Shown here piece by piece: positions 17,474 to 26,750 of a stretch of 64,000 bases of DNA. Location: NCBI GenBank assembly GCA_031404015.1, contig JANNGT010000027.1:920-64919 (forward strand), in the 5' to 3' direction. This DNA is from Gammaproteobacteria bacterium (GTDB lineage Bacteria; Pseudomonadota; Gammaproteobacteria; Steroidobacterales; Steroidobacteraceae). The notes beneath the pieces are model-generated. The model was not told the origin of the DNA and did no database searches. It was given only the letters and a program-made list of their open reading frames with translations. Made by a program: the position numbers and the translations under genes. Positions within the stretch are counted from its first letter, which is position 1; each line of letters starts with the position of its first letter.

Positions 17474-18211
17474 TCAGCCGCTTACGTGAAAATCGCAGAC
17501 CAGCGGCAGGTGGTCGGACAGCGTGACTTCGGGAATGGAGAACGAGTCGATCTCGATGCCCTTCGAATACAGGATGAAGTCGAGCTCCATGCGCGGCTTG
17601 CGGGATGGGTACGAGGGCAGACCCCGGACATTGGCGCTGCGCAGCCCGCTCGCCTCCATGAAGAGCGCGATCTCGTGCTCGCCCCAGAACGTGTTGAAGT
17701 CGCCCGCCACGATGACCGGCTTTGGCGAACGCTTGACCAGTTCGAAGACCTGCCGCAGTTGCGCATGGCGATGGCGAAACTTCAGCGAAAGGTGCACCAG
17801 GAACACGCACACGTCGTCGAGTTCCAGTTCGATGATCAGCCGCTTGATGCCGGTGTCGAAGTAATGGAAACGCTCACCCTCCACCCGCGGCGAAGCGAGG
17901 AAGGCGTTCGACTGCTTGTTCAGGATCGGCACGTACGTGTTGAACGAGTTCGTGCCGTACTTGCACTGGTAGATGGAGTAATGCCCGAGCGAACCCGCGA
18001 TCACCTCGGCCTGGTTCACGTTGCCCGTGCGGATCGAGCCCGTGTCGACCTCGATCAGCCCGACGATGTCGGGGTCGGCGCCCTTGATGAACCGGGTGAT
18101 GCCGGCGAGCACCCGCTTGTCGCTGCGCAGGTACCCCGCGCCCGGGACGGGCAGGTGGAAGGCGGCCCCGGTACCCGTGGCGTAGCGAATGTTGTAAAGC
18201 AGAAAGCGCAT
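17474..18211 (-). CDS. Endonuclease/exonuclease/phosphatase (EEP) family protein
   Basis: MRFLLYNIRY..., DIVGLIEVD, IVAGDFN and a terminal LSDHLPLV motif. Confidence 0.85.
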   Translation of the reverse strand: MRFLLYNIRYATGTGAAFHLPVPGAGYLRSDKRVLAGITRFIKGADPDIVGLIEVDTGSIRTGNVNQAEVIAGSLGHYSIYQCKYGTNSFNTYVPILNKQSNAFLASPRVEGERFHYFDTGIKRLIIELELDDVCVFLVHLSLKFRHRHAQLRQVFELVKRSPKPVIVAGDFNTFWGEHEIALFMEASGLRSANVRGLPSYPSRKPRMELDFILYSKGIEIDSFSIPEVTLSDHLPLVCDFHVSG

Positions 18212-18310
18212 CAGCCCTCAATTCTACGGCCCCGGGTGATGATCCGGCACCGAATGCGCTAGGCTAGACTATTGCGGCTTGCGCGGTTGCAAGATGTAGG
18301 CGGAGGCTCC

Positions 18311-18772
18311 ATGAGCAGCGTCACGCAGAAAAATCCGATTCGCCTGTTCGTTGCCCATGTGTGGGCCGCGGATGACGATTATCATCGTATTTTCGAGTAC
18401 ATCGAAAGCGCGCCCAATTTCTTTTATCGCAACACGAGCACGCCCGACGCGCGCCCCGCAGGCGACAAGGAAACGCTGCGGGAATCGCTGCGCAACCAGA
18501 TTGCGGATGCCGAGGTCGTCATCCTGCCGGCAGCGCTTTACCGGCGGAACATGGACTGGATCGAGTTCCAGATGCATTGCGCCAAGGCCTACGACAAGCC
18601 GCTGGTGGTGCTGGAACCCTTCGGCGGCACCGACACGATCGCACCTGCAGTGCACGAATTAGCTGACGACGTGGTGCCGTGGGACCAGCGGCAACTGGTG
18701 GATGCGATCAAGCGTCAGGCGCGACACGAAGAAACGACACGCTTCGACGTGATCGAATTCAAGCTCGACTGA
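18311..18772 (+). CDS. Stand-alone TIR-like (DUF1863/ThsB-like) domain protein, tentative
   Basis: IRLFVAHVWAADDDYHRIFEYI, then AEVVILPAALYRRNMDWIEFQMHCAKAYDKPLVVLEP...VVPWDQRQLVDAI follows the flavodoxin-like TIR-like pattern as remembered. ATG at 18311 has a GGAGG 5 nt upstream. Confidence 0.5.
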   Translation: MSSVTQKNPIRLFVAHVWAADDDYHRIFEYIESAPNFFYRNTSTPDARPAGDKETLRESLRNQIADAEVVILPAALYRRNMDWIEFQMHCAKAYDKPLVVLEPFGGTDTIAPAVHELADDVVPWDQRQLVDAIKRQARHEETTRFDVIEFKLD

Positions 18773-19148
18773 GAAACGCCGGGACCTCGAACAGGTCGTC
18801 AGTCAGTGCGCCGGCACTGTCCGTACTGACGATGCGCAGTCGCGGCGCACTATCACTCTCGGCCGACAACAGCACGAACATGCCGAGGATTGCGGTTGCA
18901 TGGTCTGCAGCGCTTTTCTCCGACATCTTCCGCACGGACGCTTCGGGTGCGGTCAGCCCACCTGTCGCCGGGGCTTCGTGCATCGCGGAGCGAAGCGTGG
19001 CGAAGCGCGCCTGCAGGGATTCGGGCAGGTCGTGCTCGCGCAGCACCGACAGGTGGTTGCGATAAGCGTCAATCAGGCGCTGCTTGATCGGGCCGGTGCC
19101 CACGAGCACCTGCATCGCCGCATGAAAGTCGTCCCACAACGCTGCCAT
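18759..19148 (-). CDS. Hypothetical protein
   Basis: 129-aa ORF with GC3-rich codon usage and a helical-looking sequence. Convergent with the TIR-like gene, with 14 nt of 3' overlap. No family recognised. Confidence 0.5.
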   Translation of the reverse strand: MAALWDDFHAAMQVLVGTGPIKQRLIDAYRNHLSVLREHDLPESLQARFATLRSAMHEAPATGGLTAPEASVRKMSEKSAADHATAILGMFVLLSAESDSAPRLRIVSTDSAGALTDDLFEVPAFLSRA

Positions 19149-19421
19149 CGTCCGCCCCCGCCGCTACATTCCGTTTAATATCAAAGCTTTAACGCACATA
19201 CCTGAGTTGGATTCCAGAAGTTTTGTCGCTCGTAAAAACCGTTCAGAATCATGTGTCTACAGCGGGAATATACGCCGGTGCATTAGAACCGCAACACCGG
19301 GTTACAACCGATCTGGATGCAGCGAGGGCGAAGCAGGGCATGTGCGCTGCGAGCAACTCCCCCTCGTGAGCCCCAGCACGCAGGCTTGCCTATAATCAGC
19401 TTTGCATCAATCAGGCAGCCC

Positions 19422-20486
19422 ATGACCCAAACCAGCACCGACCCAACTTCCTGTCGCGGCTATGCCGCAGTCGACGCCCAGAGCCCGCTGGCGCCTTACG
19501 TATTCACGCGTCGGGCCTTGCGCGCGAACGACGTCCGCATCGACATCCGCTACTGCGGCGTCTGCCATTCCGATCTGCACCAGGCCCGCAACGACTGGCG
19601 CAACTCCGTGTATCCCGTCATACCGGGACACGAGATCGTCGGACAGGTGGCCGCCGTCGGACCCGACGTCAAGCGTTACAAGGCGGGGGACTGGGTTGCG
19701 GTGGGTTGCCTCGTTGACAGTTGCCGAGAATGCAGCGAATGCCAGGCCGGCCGCGAAGTGTTCTGCCAGAAAGGCTGCACGCTCACCTACAACGGCAAGG
19801 ACCGGTTGAGCGGCGAGATCACCTACGGAGGCTATTCGTCCTACGTCGTCGTGCGCGAAGAGTTCGTGCTGCGTATGCCGGACGGCCTCGACCCGGCGCG
19901 TGCCGCGCCGTTGCTGTGCGCCGGCATCACGACTTATTCGCCGTTGCGGCACTGGAACGTCGGCCCCGGGACGAAGGTTGCGGTGGCCGGTCTCGGTGGG
20001 CTCGGCCACATGGGCGTGAAGCTCGCGAACGCGATGGGTGCCGAAGTCACGGTGATCACGCGTTCCGCCGCCAAGGCAGACGAGGCCCGAGCGCTCGGTG
20101 CGCATCACGTGCTGTTGTCGTCGGACATGGACGCAATGAAGCAGTCGCTGGGCCGTTTCGACTTCGTGCTCGACACGATCCCGGTCGTGCACGAACTCGA
20201 TTCGACGTTGCGTCTGCTCCGCACCCACGGCGCGCTGGTGCTGGTGGGGGTGATCGACACCATCCCGGCGTTCTCGAGCCGCCTGCTGATCGGCGGGCGC
20301 AAGACGCTGTCGGGTTCGGCGATCGGCGGCATCGCGGAGACGCAGGAACTGCTCGACTTCTGCGCTGAAAAAGGCATCGTGGCGGACTGCGAAATGACGA
20401 CGATGCCCGCTATCAACACCGCGTTCGAGCGCATGGAGAAGGGCGACGTCCGTTATCGGTTCGTCGTCGACATGCAGACGCTGTAA
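19422..20486 (+). CDS. Zn-dependent NAD(P) alcohol dehydrogenase (cinnamyl-ADH / YahK-like)
   Basis: GVCHSDLH, GHEIVG, the structural-zinc cysteines CRECSECQAGREVFC, and VAGLGGLGHMGV. Confidence 0.9.
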   Translation: MTQTSTDPTSCRGYAAVDAQSPLAPYVFTRRALRANDVRIDIRYCGVCHSDLHQARNDWRNSVYPVIPGHEIVGQVAAVGPDVKRYKAGDWVAVGCLVDSCRECSECQAGREVFCQKGCTLTYNGKDRLSGEITYGGYSSYVVVREEFVLRMPDGLDPARAAPLLCAGITTYSPLRHWNVGPGTKVAVAGLGGLGHMGVKLANAMGAEVTVITRSAAKADEARALGAHHVLLSSDMDAMKQSLGRFDFVLDTIPVVHELDSTLRLLRTHGALVLVGVIDTIPAFSSRLLIGGRKTLSGSAIGGIAETQELLDFCAEKGIVADCEMTTMPAINTAFERMEKGDVRYRFVVDMQTL

Positions 20487-20487
20487 C

Positions 20488-21564
20488 TTGCTCGTCTCGA
20501 CCACCCTCACCGCAAGCAATGCGGCCATCGTCGGCGATGCGCTCGCATCGGTGGTGGCGCAGGTCGACCGTTGCCTGGTGATCGACACCGGCGCCACCGA
20601 TGACACGCTCGACGTTGCGCGCCGTGTCGCGGGCGACAAGTTCGTGCTGGTGGAATTCAAGTGGTGCAACGATTTCGCGGCGGCACGGAATTTCGCGCTC
20701 GATGCGGCCGCCCAGCTCGGCGCCACCTGGGCGATCACGGTGGACACGGACGAACGCCTGCTGTTCGATGCCGGGGTGAGCCTGGCGCACCTGCTCGACG
20801 AGACTCGCGCGCAGGTCTGCATGGTCTACGACGACACGGGACACTATTCCAAGGAACGTGTCGTGCGGCTGCCTGCGAAAGTGCGGTGGGTCGGCCCCAC
20901 GCACGAATGCATGGAAGGCCGCACCGCCACGGGTACGGCAACGCTGCACGGCGTGCGCTTTCACGAGCTGCCCAAGGATGCCGCGGCGGCCCGCGTCAAG
21001 TTCACGCGGGACCTCGCCATCCTGCAGCGATACACGCGCAAGCATCCGCAAGTGGCGCGCTGGTTCTATTACCTGGGCGCGTCGCACCAGCAACTCGGGG
21101 ACCACGCTGCCGCGATCGACGCGTTTCGCACCTGCGCGGAGCTGCGCGGCTGGGAAGAGGAGGGCGCCTGGGCGTGTTATGGCGCGGCCGAGTCCTGCTG
21201 CAGCCTGCACCGCTGGGACGACGCGTTGCAGTTCTGCGCGGCGGGGCTCGCGATTCGCCCTGCCACGGCCGAACTCGCGTGGCTCGCGGGCTTTGCTGCA
21301 TTCAAGGCACTGCGCTACCGTGACGCCGTCGCCTGGTCGAACATGGCGATCGCGAATGGGCTGTACCGCAGCGCTGGCGCAGAGTTCGATCGCATCGGCT
21401 TTCGCCATCCTCCGGGACTCTATGAGGGCCCGTTCGACGTGCTGCGCTGGGCCTACAAAGCGCTGGGGGACGAGGCGGCGGCGACACAGGCCGGGCGCGA
21501 CTACGAACTGGCGCGGTCGTTGCGGCAGTCGGCGCGACCCGACGCGGCTCGAGATGCGCGCTGA
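20488..21564 (+). CDS. Family-2 glycosyltransferase domain fused to TPR-like repeats
   Basis: CLVIDTGATDDTLDVA...NDFAAARNFAL...VDTDE is a GT2-like DxD region. The C-terminal half is TPR-like (WFYYLGASHQQLGDHAAAIDAF). TTG start lies 1 nt after the ADH stop. Confidence 0.7.
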   Translation: MLVSTTLTASNAAIVGDALASVVAQVDRCLVIDTGATDDTLDVARRVAGDKFVLVEFKWCNDFAAARNFALDAAAQLGATWAITVDTDERLLFDAGVSLAHLLDETRAQVCMVYDDTGHYSKERVVRLPAKVRWVGPTHECMEGRTATGTATLHGVRFHELPKDAAAARVKFTRDLAILQRYTRKHPQVARWFYYLGASHQQLGDHAAAIDAFRTCAELRGWEEEGAWACYGAAESCCSLHRWDDALQFCAAGLAIRPATAELAWLAGFAAFKALRYRDAVAWSNMAIANGLYRSAGAEFDRIGFRHPPGLYEGPFDVLRWAYKALGDEAAATQAGRDYELARSLRQSARPDAARDAR

Positions 21565-22089
21565 ATGGCAGCGGTGACGATACGGCGCGGAGTGGTCTCC
21601 GACTCGGTCGCGCTGGCCGAGTTTGCGGCGCGCACCTTCGCAGAAGCATTTGGCGCGGCGACGGCACCCGATGATCTTGCGGCTCATCTCGCCCACAGCT
21701 ACCGCCCGGACGTGCAAGCGGCCGAGTTGCAGGATCCAGCGGTCGTCACGCTGCTCGCCGTGCAGGGTCCGCTCATCGCTGCCTACGCGCAGGTGCGGCG
21801 CAATCCAGCTCCACCCGACTGTGTCACGGCCGAGGATGCGATCGAACTCCAGCGTTTCTATGTCGACGCCTCGATGCGCGGGACCAGTCTGGCGATGGAC
21901 CTGATGCGCGCTGCGTTCGCGGTCGGACGCGATCTCGGCGGTCGGCATGCCTGGCTGGGCGTCTGGGAGCACAACGACCGCGCGCGGGCGTTTTATCGCA
22001 AGGCGGGCTTCGTCGACATCGGGTCCACCGTTTACATCGTGGGCGCTGACCGGCAGACCGATCGTGTGTATCTCGCGAAGCTGCCATGA
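21565..22089 (+). CDS. GNAT family N-acetyltransferase
   Basis: ELQRFYVDASMRGTSLAMDLM...WLGVWEHNDRARAFYRKAGF is the acetyl-CoA-binding motif region. Confidence 0.85.
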   Translation: MAAVTIRRGVVSDSVALAEFAARTFAEAFGAATAPDDLAAHLAHSYRPDVQAAELQDPAVVTLLAVQGPLIAAYAQVRRNPAPPDCVTAEDAIELQRFYVDASMRGTSLAMDLMRAAFAVGRDLGGRHAWLGVWEHNDRARAFYRKAGFVDIGSTVYIVGADRQTDRVYLAKLP

Positions 22090-22316
22090 CGCGGTGCCGG
22101 GTGCCGCAACACCAGGTGTGATGAATCGGAGAGCTCGCTGCGCTGTGCAACACGCACTTGTTCACTGACTGCTCGGTTGACTCTCTGCGTGCGCAGCGAA
22201 CGGCAATGCGCTGCTCCTCCTGCCTGCATCATCCCGAGCGCTGACATCGGGTCCCTCCTGATTGAAGGTAGGTATGCGGCCAGCAGGCGCATTGCGCACA
22301 GAAGAGTTGGCGCGCA

Positions 22317-23891
22317 ATGTTTGACGCCCCACAACTGGACAGAAGCATGGAAGACGGTCGGCCGGAAGGTCGTCATACGGATCGACCGATGTGCGCTGGA
22401 ACTTCCTCACATACCAGTGAGGAGACGTTCCGGACCGTGGCGGAGTGGGCGCCCGCGAATCTTTTCATCGCGGATCTCGACGGTTTGAACACGTACGCCA
22501 ATCGGCGCCTCTACGAGTATACCGGCGCACCGCCAGGGGCCCTTCTGGGTCTGGGCTGGATGACTTATATGCACGCGGATGACACCGTGCGCGTGGAGGC
22601 CGCGTGGGCGCAGGCCCTCGCCTCGGCGGGCGCATACGAGATGGAATACCGGTTGCGCGGTGTCAATGGTCTGTATCGCTGGTTTCTGGTGCGCGGCAAC
22701 CGCTTCGATGGCGCCGACGGCCACACGCACGGATGGTGCGGAGCGGCTATCGATATTCATGATGCGCGACGTGCGAGCGACACGCTGCGGACCTCCAACG
22801 CGAGCAAGGACTCGTTTCTCGCGACGCTTGCGCACGAGCTGCGCAACCCGCTCGCACCGATCCGCAACGCAGCGCACGTGTTGCATACACCCCATGTCAG
22901 TGCCGATGCAGTGCAGGAATGCAGCGGCGTCATCACGCGCCAGGTTGCCGTCATGGCGCGACTGCTCGATGACCTTCTGGACGTTTCGCGCCTGACTCAA
23001 GGCAAGCTCCACCTGCAGCTCGAGCCGGTACAACTCTGGGAGGTGCTCGGTCTGGCGGTCGAAACGAGCCGCCCATTGATCGATGCTTGCGGTCACGAGC
23101 TGATCGTGCGCTTGCCGTCGGCGCCGTTGCGGATGAGCGCCGATCCTGTCCGCCTCGCCGAGGTCGTGTCAAACCTGCTGAACAATGCCGCAAAGTTCAC
23201 GCCGAGTGGCGGCCGCATCGAATTGTCGGCCGACGTGGATGCGGACGGCGTGTTCGTGCGCGTCGCCGACAATGGCGTGGGGCTGCAGTTCGGCTCCCTC
23301 GAACGCATCTTTGGCATGTTCACGCAGTCAGGGGAGGGGACCTCGCCGGGCGAGAGTGGCCTTGGCGTTGGACTCGCGTTGGCAAGAGCCATTGTCGAGC
23401 TCCATGGCGGCCACATCGAGGCACGAAGTGCGGGACTTGGGCAAGGCTCGGAGCTTGTGATGCGGCTGCCGACGAGTACACCACAGCCCCGCGCGGCTGC
23501 GCAGACACAACCGCAACCTGGGCGGGGAGTTCGCCGAGTGCTGCTCGTCGATGACAACGCCGACATCGTCGAGAGCCTCGCCATGCTGCTGGGTCTCGAA
23601 GGACACGACGTGCGCTGTGCCGGATCGGGCCTGCAGGCCCTGGCGATTGCGCGCGACTTCCAGCCGGAAGTCGTCGTACTCGACATCGGCATGCCCCAAA
23701 TGGACGGCTATGAGCTGGCACGCCGGTTACGGCTCGTGTGTGGACTCGAGGCAGCGAGGTTGATTGCCGTCACGGGTTGGGGAACCCTGGCTGACAAGGG
23801 GAAGTCATCAACGGCAGGGTTCGATCTTCATTTCACCAAGCCCGTAGATCCTGACCAACTGATAAAGGCCATCGCGTCCAAGCTCCATTGA
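22317..23891 (+). CDS. Hybrid sensor histidine kinase/response regulator with PAS domain
   Basis: PAS (YRWFLVRG), HisKA H-box FLATLAHELRNPL, HATPase N/G boxes (NLLNNAAKFT; GLGVGLALA) and a C-terminal receiver (VLLVDDN...LDIGMPQMDG...K). The exact start (22317 or a downstream ATG) is uncertain. Confidence 0.88.
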   Translation: MFDAPQLDRSMEDGRPEGRHTDRPMCAGTSSHTSEETFRTVAEWAPANLFIADLDGLNTYANRRLYEYTGAPPGALLGLGWMTYMHADDTVRVEAAWAQALASAGAYEMEYRLRGVNGLYRWFLVRGNRFDGADGHTHGWCGAAIDIHDARRASDTLRTSNASKDSFLATLAHELRNPLAPIRNAAHVLHTPHVSADAVQECSGVITRQVAVMARLLDDLLDVSRLTQGKLHLQLEPVQLWEVLGLAVETSRPLIDACGHELIVRLPSAPLRMSADPVRLAEVVSNLLNNAAKFTPSGGRIELSADVDADGVFVRVADNGVGLQFGSLERIFGMFTQSGEGTSPGESGLGVGLALARAIVELHGGHIEARSAGLGQGSELVMRLPTSTPQPRAAAQTQPQPGRGVRRVLLVDDNADIVESLAMLLGLEGHDVRCAGSGLQALAIARDFQPEVVVLDIGMPQMDGYELARRLRLVCGLEAARLIAVTGWGTLADKGKSSTAGFDLHFTKPVDPDQLIKAIASKLH

Positions 23892-23923
23892 TGCACCGGT
23901 ACGTCACCACGGGTTGGTGCGGC

Positions 23924-24679
23924 TCAGGTCCGATAGCTCGGATCCAGGCGCTCGAGCTTGCGCAGCAACGCCGGCCAGGCCAGCGCCGCGCCGAGGCCTG
24001 CGGTCGCCGTCTTCATCACCTGTGCCATGCCCTGCAGGATGGCGGGGTTCACTTGCACGAGTTCACCGCCGGACTGCGCATCGATCTGGATGCGGCAGGT
24101 GTTCTCGAACACGTACATGAACAGGAACGCATCGGGGATCGTGCGTCCCACGGTCAGCAGCCCGTGGTTGCGCAGCATCAGGTAGTTGGCATCGCCAAGA
24201 TCGGCCTGCAGACGCGACTTCTCGTCGTCGCGCAGGGCCACGCCTTCGTAGTCATGGTACGCGAGCGAGCCGAGCACGAACGTCGACTGCTGACTGATCG
24301 GCAGCACACCGCATTTCTGCGCGCTCACCGCCACACCCGCGCGTGAGTGCGTGTGCAGCACGCAACCCGCGTCCTCGCGCACCGCGTGAATGGCGCTGTG
24401 GATCACGAACCCGGCCGGATTGACCGGGAACGGCGAATCGCTGAGCTTGCGGCAGTCCTGATCCACCTTCACCAGCGACGACGCCGTGATCTCGTCGAAC
24501 ATCAGCCCGTAAGGATTGATCAGGAAATGGTGGTCGGGCCCCGGAATGCGCGCACTGACGTGCGTGAACACCAGGTCGCTCCAGCCGTAGGCCGCCACCA
24601 GCCGGTAGCAGGCGGCGAGGTCACACCGCAGTTGCCATTCCTCGGCACTGACAACGTCTTTGAGCGAGGGGATGTGCAT
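23924..24679 (-). CDS. Class II aldolase/adducin family protein
   Basis: GWSDLVFTHVSARIP..., VLHTHSRAGVAVS and LRNHGLLTVG motifs. Confidence 0.88.
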   Translation of the reverse strand: MHIPSLKDVVSAEEWQLRCDLAACYRLVAAYGWSDLVFTHVSARIPGPDHHFLINPYGLMFDEITASSLVKVDQDCRKLSDSPFPVNPAGFVIHSAIHAVREDAGCVLHTHSRAGVAVSAQKCGVLPISQQSTFVLGSLAYHDYEGVALRDDEKSRLQADLGDANYLMLRNHGLLTVGRTIPDAFLFMYVFENTCRIQIDAQSGGELVQVNPAILQGMAQVMKTATAGLGAALAWPALLRKLERLDPSYRT

Positions 24680-24973
24680 GCCGGTCTCCTGCGGGGAAGT
24701 CAGATTCGAAGCGTCCCGGGTAGTCTAGGCCCGATGAGCAGGTCGATCATCCCGAACGATCTGGCGCTACCCCTTCCCAGTGGCTAGCGATCTCGCCCTT
24801 CGTTCCGGCGGCCAGACGAGCACCGTCACACGTGCAGCCGCAGACGCAGCCGCTGACCACGACACGAACAGCGGAAAACCTCCCTTGGTTTCCGCCGGTC
24901 TTTGCCCTACCGTGCGCACCACGACCGGCGCCGTCCGGCCGCTCGATCACTCACTACGAGGTTCAACAATCCC

Positions 24974-25363
24974 ATGGCCAAAGCCAAAAAGCCCGTGAAG
25001 AAGCCTGCGAAGAAGTCGGCGAAGAAAGCCGCCCCGAAGGCCCCACCGTCGATCAAGAGCGTCCTGACCAAGTCCGCGCTGGTCGCTCACCTGGCGGATG
25101 CGACGCAGGTCGCCGCCAAGGACGCGCGCGCCTTGCTGTTCGCACTCGAGAACACCATCCTCGCCTCGATTGGCAGGAAGAGCGCCGGCACCTTCGTGCT
25201 GCCGGGACTGCTGAAGATCACCGTCACCAGCGTGCCTGCGAAGCCAGCGCGCAAGGGCATCAACCCGTTCACCGGCGAAGCCACGACCTTCAAAGCGAAG
25301 CCCGCGACCGTGAAAGTCAAGGTGCGCCCGATGAAGAAGCTGAAGGACGCCGCACGCGCCTGA
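24974..25363 (+). CDS. HU/IHF-family DNA-binding protein with Lys/Ala/Pro-rich histone-H1-like N-terminal tail
   Basis: MAKAKKPVKKPAKKSAKKAAPKAPP tail, then an HU fold (LTKSALVAHLA...FVLPGLLKITV...ARKGINPFTGE...KAKPATVKVKVRP). Confidence 0.85.
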   Translation: MAKAKKPVKKPAKKSAKKAAPKAPPSIKSVLTKSALVAHLADATQVAAKDARALLFALENTILASIGRKSAGTFVLPGLLKITVTSVPAKPARKGINPFTGEATTFKAKPATVKVKVRPMKKLKDAARA

Positions 25364-25372
25364 GCCTCGACC

Positions 25373-25402
25373 AGGGCGGCCCACCCGAGGCCGCCCTGTT
25401 TC
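25373..25402 (+). terminator. Putative intrinsic terminator after the HU-like gene
   Basis: 9-bp GC stem agggcggcc / ggccgccct, 7-nt loop, followed by gtttcc (a weak T-tract). Confidence 0.5.
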
Positions 25403-25606
25403 CGCGTCGTCTCCCCGCCCCGGCAAACTCGACGCCGAACCCTTCCTCGACACGCGGCCCGTCTTTCGGTATCGACCCGAACACCGGCCGGTCGGCCGCC
25501 GCTGAATCGCCGCTGGTCACGCCACGAGCGACCCCACGTCAAGCGGTGCCGAGACCGCACCGGCGCGTATCCTCGCGTCGCGAACGGGCCCACTCTGGGT
25601 CTTCCG

Positions 25607-26314
25607 ATGTCCTGGGATGGAGACTGCCCGATGGCCAAACCCGCTGCCTCGACACCGCTCGATTTCGTCGAGTTGCCCGTGGAGCAGATGCATCGCCGCG
25701 CCGACGAACTGGCCACGGAGATGCAACGGCGGCGCACCGTGCGTGAGTTCGATCACCGCCCCGTTCCGCGCGAGATCATCGTGGCGTGCATTCGCGCGGC
25801 TTGTTCGGCACCGTCCGGTGCCAACCAGCAACCCTGGCGTTTCGTCGCGGTATCCGATTCCGCCATTAAAAAGCGTATCCGGGAGGCGGCCGAAGCCGAG
25901 GAGCGCGAGTTCTACGGACGACGAGCGAGCGAGGAATGGCTCGAGGCGCTCGCGCCGCTCGGTACCGACGCGCACAAGCCCTTCCTCGAAATGGCGCCGT
26001 GGTTGATCGCGATCTTCAGCGAACGCTTTGGCGTCGATGCGCGGGGCAGCAAGCAGAAGCGCTATTACCCTGACGAATCGGTCGGCATCGCGACCGGCAT
26101 GCTGATCACCGCGCTGCATCACGCGGGCCTGGCAACGCTCACGCACACCCCGAGCCCGATGAAATTCCTCAACGAGATCCTGGGTCGCCCGAAAGACCGT
26201 GAACGGCCGTTCCTGCTGCTCGTGACGGGCTACCCTGCGCCGGGCTGCCACGTGCCCGACCTCCGGCGTCTGCCGTTTGCGACCGTCACGCAGTTCATGG
26301 AGGGTCTCGGCTGA
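25607..26314 (+). CDS. Nitroreductase family protein (iodotyrosine-deiodinase-like subgroup)
   Basis: [20 protein letters not shown] and PWLIAIF...[23 protein letters not shown]. Alternative start at 25631. Confidence 0.85.
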   Translation: MSWDGDCPMAKPAASTPLDFVELPVEQMHRRADELATEMQRRRTVREFDHRPVPREIIVACIRAACSAPSGANQQPWRFVAVSDSAIKKRIREAAEAEEREFYGRRASEEWLEALAPLGTDAHKPFLEMAPWLIAIFSERFGVDARGSKQKRYYPDESVGIATGMLITALHHAGLATLTHTPSPMKFLNEILGRPKDRERPFLLLVTGYPAPGCHVPDLRRLPFATVTQFMEGLG

Positions 26315-26496
26315 CGTTGGGGACCGATGCGGACGTTCGTCCCACAGATCCGCACCGTGGCCTGCCCGGCCCAGGGCAACGCCTGCGATCCGGCCGTCGG
26401 TTTTTTACCCGCTCCATTCGCATCCCACGACGCGGCGCACGCGAGCAAGCAGCTAGCATGGTTCGTGGAACAACGCGCACTCGAGGAGAAGGCAAC

Positions 26497-26640
26497 ATGC
26501 CCGAACCCATCATCGCGGCCAAGGCGCCGATCGCCGTCGACGTCGAAGCCGGCAAGACCTACTGGTGGTGTGCCTGCGGCAAGAGCGCGAAGCACTCGGC
26601 GCACAAGCCTATGTGCGATGGTGCGCACAAGAAACTCTGA
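26497..26640 (+). CDS. Small CDGSH-type iron-sulfur domain protein
   Basis: 47 aa with WWCACGKS....KPMCDGAH. GAGGAGAAGG Shine-Dalgarno upstream of the ATG at 26497. Confidence 0.65.
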   Translation: MPEPIIAAKAPIAVDVEAGKTYWWCACGKSAKHSAHKPMCDGAHKKL

Positions 26641-26750
26641 CCGTCCGGGCGCCGTCGAGCAGGGCAGGGGAGAATCGCGCCGCCTCAGCCGACCCCCGGT
26701 CGCGATGACGCGTCATTGCGCTCACTGTCTTTTCTGTCACGATCGCCGGC

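Noticed and set aside
22032-22410. Short ORFs on both strands in the lower-GC spacer upstream of the first hybrid kinase.
   Set aside because: They have no motifs, overlap one another and show poor coding bias. The region is treated as a leader or promoter region.
24832-25746. 304-aa plus-strand ORF spanning the HU-like gene and the nitroreductase start.
   Set aside because: It is out of frame with two well-supported genes, and the sequence is low-complexity and Arg/Pro/Ala-rich.
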